A stretch of DNA of 64,000 nucleotides from a bacterium (GTDB taxonomy: Bacteria > Patescibacteriota > Minisyncoccia > Phycocordibacterales > DATDWN01), in assembly GCA_037134875.1 (NCBI GenBank), contig JBAXLH010000001.1:5322-69321 (forward strand). The letters are read 5' to 3'. Position numbers and translations under genes: made by a program. Position 1 is the stretch's first letter, and each line of letters begins with the position of its first letter. Below are positions 54,519 to 64,000 of the stretch, piece after piece. The notes beneath the pieces were generated by a model. That model ran no database searches and had not been told where the DNA came from. It was given only the letters and a program-made list of their open reading frames with translations.

Positions 54519-55049
54519 TTATGCATCTTTTTTACTTCCCATTATATTTCGCAACTGTTCCATTCCCCTATTGATTCTAACCGATATAACATTTGGTGAT
54601 TCTCCCAGAATTTCGGCGATATCTTTTGGTTTGAGATTTTCAACAAATCTGTAATAGATTACCTGATGATATATTGGCTCTAGATCTTTAATTTTGTCTA
54701 TCACATACCTCGCTTCAGTCGATAAGTCGATGTCTTCTTTTGTATTATTATACACAGAGGAGAACAAATCGTCATTATCAACCTCCATCATACTATCAAG
54801 TGAAAAACTTTTCTTCTTTCTGTACCAGTCAATGACAAGATTTCTGGCTATGGTAAACAAGAAAGCTCGATCATTTTTCACATCTTTTTCTTTTATAAGA
54901 ACATCCCAAAAACGCACAAAAACGTCTTGAGTTATATCGAGAGCAACCTCTCGGTCCGATGTTCGTAGTAAACAATACCTAAAAATTGCGTCGGACTGGG
55001 CGTCGTACAACTCGGAAAACCTATTTTTTACGACATCCATCTTTTTCAT
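54519..55049 (-). CDS. RNA polymerase ECF-type sigma-70 factor
   Basis: Region 2 (…DITQDVFVRFW…) and region 4 (…DIAEILGESPNVISVRINRGMEQLR) are present. Confidence 0.85.
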   Translation of the reverse strand: MKKMDVVKNRFSELYDAQSDAIFRYCLLRTSDREVALDITQDVFVRFWDVLIKEKDVKNDRAFLFTIARNLVIDWYRKKKSFSLDSMMEVDNDDLFSSVYNNTKEDIDLSTEARYVIDKIKDLEPIYHQVIYYRFVENLKPKDIAEILGESPNVISVRINRGMEQLRNIMGSKKDA

Positions 55050-55542
55050 GTATAGAGACGACTTAGAGGACCATATCTTACCAAATTAAAGAAAGTGTGT
55101 CTAATTGAAAAAAATGAAAATAATTTTGTAAGAAATAAATAATAAGCGCGTCTGAAGGTATACAAAGGTCGATGCATTGTACAATACACAATCATGTAAA
55201 ATAAATCACATAAATTACATATGAGTACAACAAATAGTTTCAAAAACTATACAAAGAAAGTGCCGATGAGCACATATGGGTATGCAAAGAAAAAATTTCT
55301 CTGGATACTCAATAACCAAAAAAAAGCTTTTCGTGTTACATACAACAATCAAAAGCAAAAAGTTAAAAGATATCTAAATAACATAAGGTATTCTATGACT
55401 TACATAAAACCAATATACAAAATGACAACTTCACCACCTTTTACATAGCAAGGCAACGAGCGAAATTATATCGCTCTCAATAACTAAATATAATGCCGCC
55501 AAAATAAAAAACTCAAAATATAATCTCTATTCTAAAAAGAAA

Positions 55543-55572
55543 ACCCAACCTCGTGTTGGGTTTTCTTTTTGT
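55543..55572. terminator. Rho-independent terminator downstream of ackA
   Basis: The sequence is aacccaacctcgtgttgggttttcttttt. Confidence 0.5.
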
Positions 55573-55573
55573 C

Positions 55574-56761
55574 TTAAACTAGAGGAATCTCTCGTGTCTC
55601 CTTGGCTATACAAGACATTTCTTCTGTTCTCAGCACAACAATTTTCACCTGTGAGTCAGTTTTACCTATTTCTGAGTCCGTACTGTGTATATTTTCATTC
55701 TCCTGTCTATCCAATATAATTCCCAGACCTTGAAGTCCTTCACAAATTCTCTCTCTTAGAATATGAGATCGCTCGCCTATTGTGCCAGAAAAAACAATCA
55801 TATCCACTCCACCAAGTACGACAATAGAAGAACCAATTTCTTTTTTTATTCTGTATTGAAACATATCAATTGCACGTTTTGCAAAGGGATTTCCTTTTTC
55901 CTCGAGTTTCAAAAGTTCTCGCAAGTCTGAGCTCAAGCCACTTACACCCAAAAGCCCAGATTGTTTATTGAAATACTGTTCTGATTCTTCTCCTGACATT
56001 TTGAGTCTCTTTTGTAAATAAATGACAGCTCCCGGATCTATATCTCCAACACGTGTTGCCATAACAGCACCCGACAGAGGTGTAAATCCCATTGTTGTGT
56101 CGATACTTTTTCCATTTTTTACTGCTGTAATACTAATACCACCACCAATGTGACAAAGAATAACCCTCTCAGGAATCTCATCATACATATTTTTTATTTT
56201 TTCAATGACAGATGAATGTGATATCCCGTGATAGCCATATTTAAACAGCTCAAACTTTTCTGTATCTTCCTTTGGAATTGCGTAATATTTTGCCATATCC
56301 GGAAGGTCTTTATGAAATTTGCTGTCAGAAATACCAACAACAGGAATATGTGAGAATATATGACCAATATGTTTTAATGTCTCCAGAACAGGAGTAATAT
56401 GGAGAGGTAAAATTGTTTCTGCTTTTTTTAAGTTTTCTTTATATGTATCATCTATAACTCTATTTGTCTGAAAATAGGTTCCTGGAGCGACAATACGAAG
56501 TCCAATCATCTGTATCTCAGATTTGTCTTCTATTATTTTTTCTGACAAGAATTCTCCGAGCACATACTCTATATTTTCCTCGAACTGATTTTTTGATATC
56601 GTCTTTTGTTTTTTATCCCCACTCTTTGAAAGAGTAGAAATAAATCCATCACCCTCACTCTCCAGATGCACCATACACAATTCTCTTTCACTCTCGTAGA
56701 GTGCCAATTTTTTTGACGTACTACCTGTATTTATAATTAAATATTTTTTTTCCATTGCCAT
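55574..56761 (-). CDS. ackA: Acetate kinase
   Basis: The N-terminal motif is LIINTGSTSKKLALYE and the fold is ASKHA. Confidence 0.9.
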   Translation of the reverse strand: MAMEKKYLIINTGSTSKKLALYESERELCMVHLESEGDGFISTLSKSGDKKQKTISKNQFEENIEYVLGEFLSEKIIEDKSEIQMIGLRIVAPGTYFQTNRVIDDTYKENLKKAETILPLHITPVLETLKHIGHIFSHIPVVGISDSKFHKDLPDMAKYYAIPKEDTEKFELFKYGYHGISHSSVIEKIKNMYDEIPERVILCHIGGGISITAVKNGKSIDTTMGFTPLSGAVMATRVGDIDPGAVIYLQKRLKMSGEESEQYFNKQSGLLGVSGLSSDLRELLKLEEKGNPFAKRAIDMFQYRIKKEIGSSIVVLGGVDMIVFSGTIGERSHILRERICEGLQGLGIILDRQENENIHSTDSEIGKTDSQVKIVVLRTEEMSCIAKETREIPLV

Positions 56762-59094
56762 GTTTCTATTTCCTCGGTATCAACGCCGTACTGTTTTACA
56801 TACTGGCGATGATCATCGATTTTTTGTTTATAAACCTTGATAAGCATACTTGCCTTCTCCGAATCCAAAACTCCTTCATCCCGCATCTTTTCAAATGTTT
56901 CAATTGCAAGATGATATCGACTTGTTTTGTTTCGCAAATGTAGATCAAATGGTGTTGTTGTCGAGCCATTTTCAATATATCCATGCACAGAAAATCTTCC
57001 TTTCATATTTTGTGCATCAAAGAGAGCTTGTTTGAGTGTCTCTGGATATCCGTGAAAATTGAATATAACTGGCCTGTCTTTTGTAAAATAATACTCGAGT
57101 GGAATGTTGTTTTCCTTGCTTCCAATCCCTGATGCATTAATTTCAAAAATATTTACAAATCGGACACGAATCTCTGGTGCTTCTTTTTTGACTATTTCAA
57201 TTGCTGCCAGCGACTCTTTTGTCAGATATTCACCAACTGCCGAGAAAACAATATGTGGGTCTTCTTCACTGGCAAACTCCCAAATCATAATTCCTTTATC
57301 GACATTTTCTCTGACAAGCTCCGGTGTGAGCCACCGAGCTTCTTGAGTTTTGCCAGCCACGATAATATTGACACAGTTTTTTGACTCCAAACTTTTCTTG
57401 AGAAGGGCAAGTGACATATTTCCGTCTGGCGGGAAAAAAGCTCGGATGAAATCTCCATGCATCTGGAGCATATTGTCAATGAATCCCGGATTTTGATGAG
57501 AAAATCCATTATGCTCCTGACGCCATCCCGAAGAAGTCAACACATAGTTGAACGACGGAATATCTTTTCGCCACGAAATATCCCGCGCAACACGGAGGAA
57601 TTTTACATACTGGTCTGCCATACTTGCCACGACTTGTATAAATGCCTCGTATGAAATAAAAACCATATTGCGTCCTGTGAGCACATACCCCTGGGCAATA
57701 CCTTGGAGAGAATGTTCGGAGAGCATTTCAATCACTCGCCCTGTGGATGACAAATCCTTGTCCCATTCTTTTATTGGACCGGCAAACACACGTGATGTTG
57801 TTTCAAAAACCTGATCTATTTTATTTGAATATGTTTCGTCTGGAGATAATATTCTGAAATTATTTCTGCCTTCATTTAGTCTGAACACTTCATTTAGATA
57901 CGCTCCTGTTCGTCGCATACAGCTAGAACCCACAAAACCTGGTGTCGGAACCTCTTCCATAAATTTCTCCGCTGTCGGCAAAATCAATTTGTCAGATTCT
58001 TTGTTGATTCCAAATGTATGTTTGTTGTCTCCCATTCGCAGGTGAGCAGGTGGTACGATATCACGGACATCAGAAACAAAACCACTTTCCTTTTGAAAAA
58101 GCTCGCCAAAGTTGTACGACTCCAACCATTTTTTGACCGCTTTAAATTCTTCTTTATCAGTCTTGGCCTCTGTACCAACAACTTGATGTGACAAACAGTT
58201 ACCCTCTATTTTTTTGCCTTTGAGTTTTTTGATACCTGTCCATCCTTTTGGAGTTTTGAGAATAATCATCGGATATCGCGGAAAATCATGCTTCAAATCA
58301 GCCTCATCAAATTCGTTTTTGATCTTTTGAATTTGTTCATAGCATTCATCCAGTGCTCGATACATTTTTTCATCAATCGTATTTCCTTCAACAATGATTG
58401 GCTTGTATCCATATCCAGTAAACAGAGCTTTGAGGTCTTTATTTGTCATTCTGCCAAATATCGTTGGGCCAGATATTTTGTATCCGTTGAGATGTAATAT
58501 TGGTAATACTGCACCATCCCTTTTTGGGCTCAAAAACTTGCTGAGATGCCAGGATGTAGCAAGTGGACCCGTCTCTGCCTCTCCATCGCCCACAAGGCAC
58601 GCTACAGTGAGCTCTGGGTTGTCTAGGACAGCACCAAAAGAGTTTGAGAGAGAATAACCGAGTTCACCTCCTTCCAAAATAACCCCTGGAGCTCCTGGAC
58701 TCGAGTGACTAGGAAAACCATACGGCCAACTGAAATTTCTGCAAATAAACCCTATTCCTTTTTCATCCACCGTTGCCTCTTTGTAGTACTTTCCAAGCGT
58801 TCCTTCCAAAAAAAGATTGGCCTGCACCGCCGGAAATCCATGACCTGGACCAAGCACAAACATCATCTCCGCATTTTTTCTTTTTATGAGACTGTTTAAA
58901 TGAGCATATGTAAAATTGATTCCTGGGCACGTCCCCCAGTGTCCGAGAAGTCTAGGTTTGATATCATCCTGAGTAAGTTTGTTTTCCAATAAAAAGTTAC
59001 TTTGTAAATATATCTGCGAAGCAGAAAGATAGTTTGCAGCACGCACATACTTTTGTATATTTTCAATCTCTTTTTCCATACTGTCATTATACAC
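56737..59094 (-). CDS. xfp: Phosphoketolase (xylulose-5-phosphate/fructose-6-phosphate phosphoketolase)
   Basis: 785 aa. The motifs are GHWGTCPGINFTYAHLN and EGGELGYSL, with a TPP enzyme layout. Confidence 0.9.
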   Translation of the reverse strand: MYNDSMEKEIENIQKYVRAANYLSASQIYLQSNFLLENKLTQDDIKPRLLGHWGTCPGINFTYAHLNSLIKRKNAEMMFVLGPGHGFPAVQANLFLEGTLGKYYKEATVDEKGIGFICRNFSWPYGFPSHSSPGAPGVILEGGELGYSLSNSFGAVLDNPELTVACLVGDGEAETGPLATSWHLSKFLSPKRDGAVLPILHLNGYKISGPTIFGRMTNKDLKALFTGYGYKPIIVEGNTIDEKMYRALDECYEQIQKIKNEFDEADLKHDFPRYPMIILKTPKGWTGIKKLKGKKIEGNCLSHQVVGTEAKTDKEEFKAVKKWLESYNFGELFQKESGFVSDVRDIVPPAHLRMGDNKHTFGINKESDKLILPTAEKFMEEVPTPGFVGSSCMRRTGAYLNEVFRLNEGRNNFRILSPDETYSNKIDQVFETTSRVFAGPIKEWDKDLSSTGRVIEMLSEHSLQGIAQGYVLTGRNMVFISYEAFIQVVASMADQYVKFLRVARDISWRKDIPSFNYVLTSSGWRQEHNGFSHQNPGFIDNMLQMHGDFIRAFFPPDGNMSLALLKKSLESKNCVNIIVAGKTQEARWLTPELVRENVDKGIMIWEFASEEDPHIVFSAVGEYLTKESLAAIEIVKKEAPEIRVRFVNIFEINASGIGSKENNIPLEYYFTKDRPVIFNFHGYPETLKQALFDAQNMKGRFSVHGYIENGSTTTPFDLHLRNKTSRYHLAIETFEKMRDEGVLDSEKASMLIKVYKQKIDDHRQYVKQYGVDTEEIETWQWKKNI

Positions 59095-59135
59095 GATTCA
59101 TTGTATTTTCAAACCATTTCATATACTATTTCTCT

Positions 59136-59885
59136 ATGAAAACTGTCGGAAAAATGGATGGAATAATGCTCTGCTCCCGCTATTCATTTGGACCAAATAG
59201 ACTTCATTATTGTGGTCCAGACGCAAATGCTGAACTCAAAAGCTACATAACAAGAAATCAAACTGACGGAGGGCTTTCTGTACTCCTCAAAAAATTTGAG
59301 ACACTGTATCCATATTTGTGCCATATTGCTAGAGCAAATAATATACAAGATCCGTTTGACACACGAGTTGTCGAAGCATATTGGATAGGAAACGAACTTT
59401 TGGATCATATTTCAAAAAATGATTTGCATACTTTTCTCATCGACGGAATTAGCACAAAGAAAAAAATGAAAAGTGGCGAGTGGAGATGGCTCGAGGAAAA
59501 AATTTCGCAGGGTGCAATGCCTCATCATTCATTTCATGTGCTCAATGTCTGGCAACAAACCGGACACAATGATTTTTTGGAAACTGTAAAACGAATGGAT
59601 GAATGCAGAATTAGCTCTGGCACGATCATAAGCACCAACGGACCAGCAGTGGTTGTTTCAACCGAGCCACTCATATATATGAACGGCAAACTTCTCCTCG
59701 GACCAACTATCACAAAAACAATTTATAGAAGTTTGGAATCTGAGTACGATATCGAGCAGATCAAACCCGGGGAAATAGTTTCAATCCACTGGAGTGTGCC
59801 GTGCGAAATTATTTCCAAAGAAAAAGCCGAGAGACTCCGCAAGTACACAATGCAAAATATCGCTTTTGCAAATCAAACTTTATAA
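59136..59885 (+). CDS. Hypothetical protein
   Basis: ORF starting MKTVGKMDGIMLCSRYSFGPN… with no motif recognised. Confidence 0.35.
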   Translation: MKTVGKMDGIMLCSRYSFGPNRLHYCGPDANAELKSYITRNQTDGGLSVLLKKFETLYPYLCHIARANNIQDPFDTRVVEAYWIGNELLDHISKNDLHTFLIDGISTKKKMKSGEWRWLEEKISQGAMPHHSFHVLNVWQQTGHNDFLETVKRMDECRISSGTIISTNGPAVVVSTEPLIYMNGKLLLGPTITKTIYRSLESEYDIEQIKPGEIVSIHWSVPCEIISKEKAERLRKYTMQNIAFANQTL

Positions 59886-59902
59886 GTGAATACGAAAACA
59901 CA

Positions 59903-60292
59903 ATGCAAAAAATATTTATTTTTGGAAATATAGATTTGCCAAATGACTCTCTGCCACTTCGTATACTACCCAAACTCGAGGAACTCTTTCCTCACATTTC
60001 ATTTGAAATAAAAGATCCAAACGAGGAATGGGAAGTCGAAGAGAATATTGTAGTTATCGATACTGTTGTTGGAATCCAAGATATCACTATTTTTGACAAT
60101 CTTGAATCATTTTCAAAAATACCACGAGTGGGTATGCACGACTTTGATGCACTGACCAATTTACGCTACCTCAAAAAACTTGGAAAAATAAAAAATGTTG
60201 TAATTGTTGGCATTCCTCCAAAAATGGATGAAAAAATAACTCTCTCCAAAGTTTCAAATTTAATTAAAGAAAATAGCGCCATCTTTCGATAA
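59903..60292 (+). CDS. [NiFe]-hydrogenase maturation endopeptidase (HycI/HyaD-like)
   Basis: The N-terminus is MQKIFIFGNIDLPNDSLPLRI…VVIDTV…, an Asp/Glu-metal-binding pattern. It is adjacent to the hydrogenase structural genes. Confidence 0.6.
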   Translation: MQKIFIFGNIDLPNDSLPLRILPKLEELFPHISFEIKDPNEEWEVEENIVVIDTVVGIQDITIFDNLESFSKIPRVGMHDFDALTNLRYLKKLGKIKNVVIVGIPPKMDEKITLSKVSNLIKENSAIFR

Positions 60293-60301
60293 CGCCAATA
60301 A

Positions 60302-60751
60302 TTACAGTACTTCTATTACAGAATGACGATGAACAAAGACTTGTTGTCCATCAGTCAGAACGAGACCGTATTCATTAATAAAAGGAGCTCTTCTACCAGA
60401 AATCTCAATTCCTACTATTTTATTTTTGAACGCGGTATGAACAATCACACCAGCCGAGACGGCACAATAACCATGTTTGCCGTGATGATGTCGCCAATAT
60501 TCGGCAACCACATCAAATGCCCACATATTTTCAAAATGACGATCTTTTGCAAATTTTCTGAGACCAGCGGTGGCGTCAGGAAAACAATGACTGAGAAAAG
60601 CTGTGTCAATTTCCTCCGACTCAGCCAACATCCTCAACAGTCTTTCATAATCTTTTTGAGTTATCTTATGCGCCCGAAGACGATCTTCGGCACACACAAA
60701 AGCATAACGTAAAAATAACATCATTCCTGTGATTTTCATTCCACTGTCCAA
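60302..60751 (-). CDS. Hypothetical protein in the hydrogenase cluster
   Basis: 149-aa ORF with no recognisable motif. Confidence 0.3.
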   Translation of the reverse strand: MDSGMKITGMMLFLRYAFVCAEDRLRAHKITQKDYERLLRMLAESEEIDTAFLSHCFPDATAGLRKFAKDRHFENMWAFDVVAEYWRHHHGKHGYCAVSAGVIVHTAFKNKIVGIEISGRRAPFINEYGLVLTDGQQVFVHRHSVIEVL

Positions 60752-60764
60752 AATAACACACTAT

Positions 60765-62075
60765 TTATTCCCAGTCAACTTTTAGAAAATGTGAGGCACA
60801 GGACATACATGGATCGTATGCCCGAATAAGTTTTTCTATTTCGAGTGTTATAAATTCCCTATCTTTTTGACTAAGTTCCCCCGGAATCTTGTCTATAAGT
60901 CCCTGCACGAGAGTGGCTACATCAATCTCGATATTTATTTGGTTCTGCCCGGTTGGTACAACAACCTCACCTTCCTTCACCTTTCCATCTTTACCTAGCA
61001 CTACTTTGTGATAAAGTGTACCTCGTGGAGCCTCTACTACCCCAATTCCAATCGCGTCTCTCATCTCTTTTTTGATAATAGGTTCTGATTTAAATGTATT
61101 TTTGGATAGAATATCAATTGACTCATCAACTGAATGCAAAATCTCTATTGCTTGTGCGAGGTTGTTGTAATAAATATCTGTTGACGGAAAAAGACTGAGT
61201 GTACTTGCAAGAGACTCCTGAGTCTTTGGATGAAGTTTATATTTGGCGAGATTGATTCTGGCAAGAGATCCTACCATATACCCTTCGCCGTTGTACATAT
61301 ATGCTGACGCTTCTGAATACGGTAATACAGTATGTTCCAAGTGGGCTCTAAAGCCATCCTTCCCATATTTTTCTCCAGCACTTGTGATAATCGAGCCGTC
61401 AATATAACCAAAACTCTCTTCTGGAACAAGCGCCATATATTTTGTTTGCCTGTCAAAATGAAATGGTGCATTTTTGAAAACTTCCACGAGACGCAACACT
61501 GCTTCGCGTATAGATTGTAATTTTTTAATTGCTTCATCAATATCTTTTTGTTCTGGAAAATGCAAATATCCACCAATCACAGGATACATCGCATGCACAC
61601 TTCTACCTGCAATCATTGTTGCCAAAAAGTTTCCAGCTGATTTGATATCAAACGCATCATGAAGCATTTGGTGTTCCTGCGGATTACTTTCATCAAAATC
61701 TAAAAAGGCATCCTTACCAAAAATATCTGGCATACTGAAAAGATACAAGTGCAAAGCATGGTCACGAATAATAAGACCGTGCATTGTGAGAGCACGGAGA
61801 AGTTTTGTTTGTGGTGATGGCTCAATACCGAGTGCATTTTCACATGCCTCGATACTACACATTACGTGTGCATTTGAACACGTACCACAAATGCGCGACA
61901 AATGTGCCGGAATAGCAGAAAGAGCTTTGCCTTTCATTGCTTCTGTAAAGAAACGTTTGTATTCAACAATCGCAAACTTTACATCAGTAACTTTTCCATT
62001 TTCCACTTTCAAATTGAGGTTGGCATTACCCTCAACTTTTGTAATATGTTCGAGATCAAGATCAAATGTATGCAT
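60765..62075 (-). CDS. [NiFe]-hydrogenase large (catalytic) subunit
   Basis: The N-terminal L1 motif is RICGTCSNAH. The C-terminal L2 motif is DPCMSCASH (the Ni-Fe ligating cysteines). Confidence 0.85.
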   Translation of the reverse strand: MHTFDLDLEHITKVEGNANLNLKVENGKVTDVKFAIVEYKRFFTEAMKGKALSAIPAHLSRICGTCSNAHVMCSIEACENALGIEPSPQTKLLRALTMHGLIIRDHALHLYLFSMPDIFGKDAFLDFDESNPQEHQMLHDAFDIKSAGNFLATMIAGRSVHAMYPVIGGYLHFPEQKDIDEAIKKLQSIREAVLRLVEVFKNAPFHFDRQTKYMALVPEESFGYIDGSIITSAGEKYGKDGFRAHLEHTVLPYSEASAYMYNGEGYMVGSLARINLAKYKLHPKTQESLASTLSLFPSTDIYYNNLAQAIEILHSVDESIDILSKNTFKSEPIIKKEMRDAIGIGVVEAPRGTLYHKVVLGKDGKVKEGEVVVPTGQNQINIEIDVATLVQGLIDKIPGELSQKDREFITLEIEKLIRAYDPCMSCASHFLKVDWE

Positions 62076-62096
62076 GGTTTTTAATTTGTTAGTTTT

Positions 62097-62270
62097 TCAA
62101 AATTTAATTGAGACTACATCCTTTTTGGAGCATCCGCAGGCCGTGAGCATGGTCTTGTCAATGACCCGAGCACAGCGAGAGCTCTTGACAAGTCACGGCC
62201 GAGGACCGAATGAGTTTTTCGCTGGAAAAGCGAGTGTATCTGAAAAGGATGTGGTTTCGATTAAATTTTG
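62097..62270. repeat. Palindromic element, family R2, filling the spacer between the hydrogenase small- and large-subunit genes
   Basis: The R2 core has the arms caaaatttaattgagactacatcc / ggatgtggtttcgattaaattttg. Confidence 0.65.
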
Positions 62271-62273
62271 AAA

Positions 62274-62756
62274 CTATTTTCTAAATTCCGCAACCAATCC
62301 ATTAACTGCTTTCAAAAAAACATCTGGACTCATTGGACATCCGGGAATTTCAGCGTCAACTTTGACAACGTCAGAAACTTTTTTGACACTTGGCAAAGCT
62401 CCAAAACGAGTAACCAAAAAATCGATTGACTCTTTTTGTTCTGGTGTAAAAGTATTTCTCTGTCCTGATGGCAATCCTACCACAGCACACGAACCAACTG
62501 CTACGAGCTTTTTTGATCGGCTACGAATATCTTTGACCGATGTTTCCTGTTCTGGACCAGCAATAGCACCTTCTATAAATGCAATATCAAATGCATCATA
62601 GATATTTTTTGTTTTCAACACTCGCACATGTCTGAAATCAAAAATCTGCTTCCACTCCTGCCAATGATCATTCATTATTTCCGTCATTACAACAGTGTTA
62701 TCCTCACAACACGAGAATGAAAACCATGCTATTTTAATTTTTTCTTGAGAAGTCAT
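62274..62756 (-). CDS. [NiFe]-hydrogenase small subunit (NuoB-like minimal small subunit)
   Basis: 160 aa. The Cys ligands (SCCED, GSCAV, IPGCP) are arranged as in NuoB-like proximal-cluster small subunits. Confidence 0.75.
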   Translation of the reverse strand: MTSQEKIKIAWFSFSCCEDNTVVMTEIMNDHWQEWKQIFDFRHVRVLKTKNIYDAFDIAFIEGAIAGPEQETSVKDIRSRSKKLVAVGSCAVVGLPSGQRNTFTPEQKESIDFLVTRFGALPSVKKVSDVVKVDAEIPGCPMSPDVFLKAVNGLVAEFRK

Positions 62757-62790
62757 ATGAATAGTATATCATAAGTTAATTTGTTAGATT

Positions 62791-62950
62791 CAAAAACCGA
62801 TAGGAGCATATCTTTCACGGAGCAATCTATCTAGCCCTGCTGGGCTAGCGAACTTCTCGTCGCTCAAGAAAACAATGTCGGTTTACCTCCTTGTTTTCTA
62901 AGCTCCTGCGAAAGGCTCCGGAAAAGATATGCTCCTATCGGTTTTTTAAA
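62791..62950. repeat. Palindromic element, family R4
   Basis: The R4 core has the arms caaaaaccgataggagcatatctttcacggagc / gctccggaaaagatatgctcctatcggtttttt. Confidence 0.65.
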
Positions 62951-62958
62951 ATCTACCA

Positions 62959-63960
62959 TTACACTAATGTCTTTAAATCAAAATTTGGATCAGAGAGTGA
63001 TGAATGTTTATCGGCCACCTTTATATTATTTTTGATGATCTTGGAAAAGGTTGTGAGTTCTCCGGTACGATTTATCATTGTGGCACCAACGAGTTCGTCT
63101 CCAACCATCACAACCTGACTGTATGAATTTATTTCTTTTGACCCACGTGGCAAAACTACCCTATTTGCTCCATAGGCAACATCTCCAACAAAGGCAATGC
63201 TGATCCCAAACCCTTGTGTTGTGTAGAAAGAAACAAACTTGAATGGATCGTGTGCTCCGGTCATATTACGTCCAGCAACTCTACCCTGCTCTACCGCATT
63301 GACCCAGTTGCCCATAATCACATTTTCTTCTAGCAAAATATCTTTGTATTCAGCAATGTCGCCCGCAGACCAGATATCAGATGCACTAGTTTGCAAATAT
63401 TCATCAGTCACAATTCCTTTATTGACTGTGATGCCTGATTCAGCAATCCATTTTGTGTTATTAACAACTCCGATACCACACATAAGCAAATCGCATGGAA
63501 TTTCTGTACCGTCTTTGAGAACAATTGATTCAACAAAATCAATTCCTTTTATTTCAGCAATCTCATTATTTTTGATGAGGTGCACACCATTTTTTGTGAG
63601 TGCATCTTCTATCATCTGTCCGGAAACACCATCGAGAGTCGGTGACCAAAAATGTTGCTCCCGAATAATCATAGTGGTATTGAGTCCAGCGAGCTTAAAG
63701 AGGTCTGCCATTTCGAATCCGATAAAACCTCCACCGACAACAACGGCATTTTTTGCATTTTTGATGTGTTGCATTATTGCTTTGCCATCATCGATTGTTC
63801 GAAGATAATGAATACCTTTTTTATCCGCACCTGGCACTGTCAATCTCCTGACAGAAACACCTGTGGCCAAAAGCAGTTTGTCATATTTGACTTTGGTACC
63901 ATCGAGGAGTGAAAGAATTTTGTTTGCCGAATCGATATGTGTTGCCGTTTTGTTTTTCAA
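62959..63960 (-). CDS. FAD-dependent pyridine nucleotide-disulfide oxidoreductase (hydrogenase gamma / sulfide-dehydrogenase-like NAD(P)H subunit)
   Basis: There are two Rossmann GxGxxG/A regions (…VVVGGGFIGFEMA…) and the fold is the FAD/NAD oxidoreductase fold. It is adjacent to the hydrogenase genes. Confidence 0.65.
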   Translation of the reverse strand: MKNKTATHIDSANKILSLLDGTKVKYDKLLLATGVSVRRLTVPGADKKGIHYLRTIDDGKAIMQHIKNAKNAVVVGGGFIGFEMADLFKLAGLNTTMIIREQHFWSPTLDGVSGQMIEDALTKNGVHLIKNNEIAEIKGIDFVESIVLKDGTEIPCDLLMCGIGVVNNTKWIAESGITVNKGIVTDEYLQTSASDIWSAGDIAEYKDILLEENVIMGNWVNAVEQGRVAGRNMTGAHDPFKFVSFYTTQGFGISIAFVGDVAYGANRVVLPRGSKEINSYSQVVMVGDELVGATMINRTGELTTFSKIIKNNIKVADKHSSLSDPNFDLKTLV

Positions 63961-64000
63961 AAAAGTAACTTTGTTTTTTTTGAACCAATCTTCTTTTCGG

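Noticed and set aside
1-64000. rRNA genes or prophage/integron structures
   Set aside because: No 16S/23S/5S-like conserved stretches were seen, and there are no integrase, capsid or terminase-like ORFs in the window.

Overview
This is an AT-rich (about 35-40% GC by eye), gene-dense bacterial chromosome segment with short intergenic spacers. Its gene content looks like a Patescibacteria/CPR-type genome, which is an inference from content and not a database result. That content includes a split transketolase, PfkB kinase, class II fructose-bisphosphate aldolase (FBA), rpe/rpiB, GAPDH, type IV pilin, class II ribonucleotide reductase, a dcw cluster (mraZ-rsmH-ftsL-ftsI-mur ligase), mreB, priA-def-fmt, hpf, msrAB, guaC, an ECF sigma factor, phosphoketolase with acetate kinase, and a soluble [NiFe]-hydrogenase cluster. 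RNA genes are a tRNA-Glu(CUC) on the minus strand and a tRNA-Asn(GUU) interrupted by a ~279-nt group I intron in the anticodon loop. Three features stand out.

First, at least 14 copies of small (80-170 nt) palindromic elements fall into at least 5 families. Each has a conserved structured core flanked by copy-specific, near-perfect inverted-repeat arms. One copy sits in frame inside a coding gene and another fills the spacer between the hydrogenase subunit genes.

Second, both tRNA loci carry direct or inverted partial copies of the tRNA 3' end, a truncated tRNA 5' duplicate, and a 2 x 190-nt tandem repeat.

Third, and most striking, is a ~3.3-kb island at 29.7-33.1 kb. A clearly GC-rich (~50-55%) ORF encodes a 487-aa IS110-family-like protein (DEDD/RuvC-like N-domain plus Transposase_20-like C-domain) with a strong Shine-Dalgarno site. 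Several canonical catalytic residues appear substituted. The ORF is embedded in an array of at least four ~250-450-nt highly structured RNA-like modules whose stems covary between copies. This is a candidate IS110-derived, possibly RNA-associated (bridge-RNA-like) or domesticated system. All functional calls are from motif recognition by eye; no searches were run.
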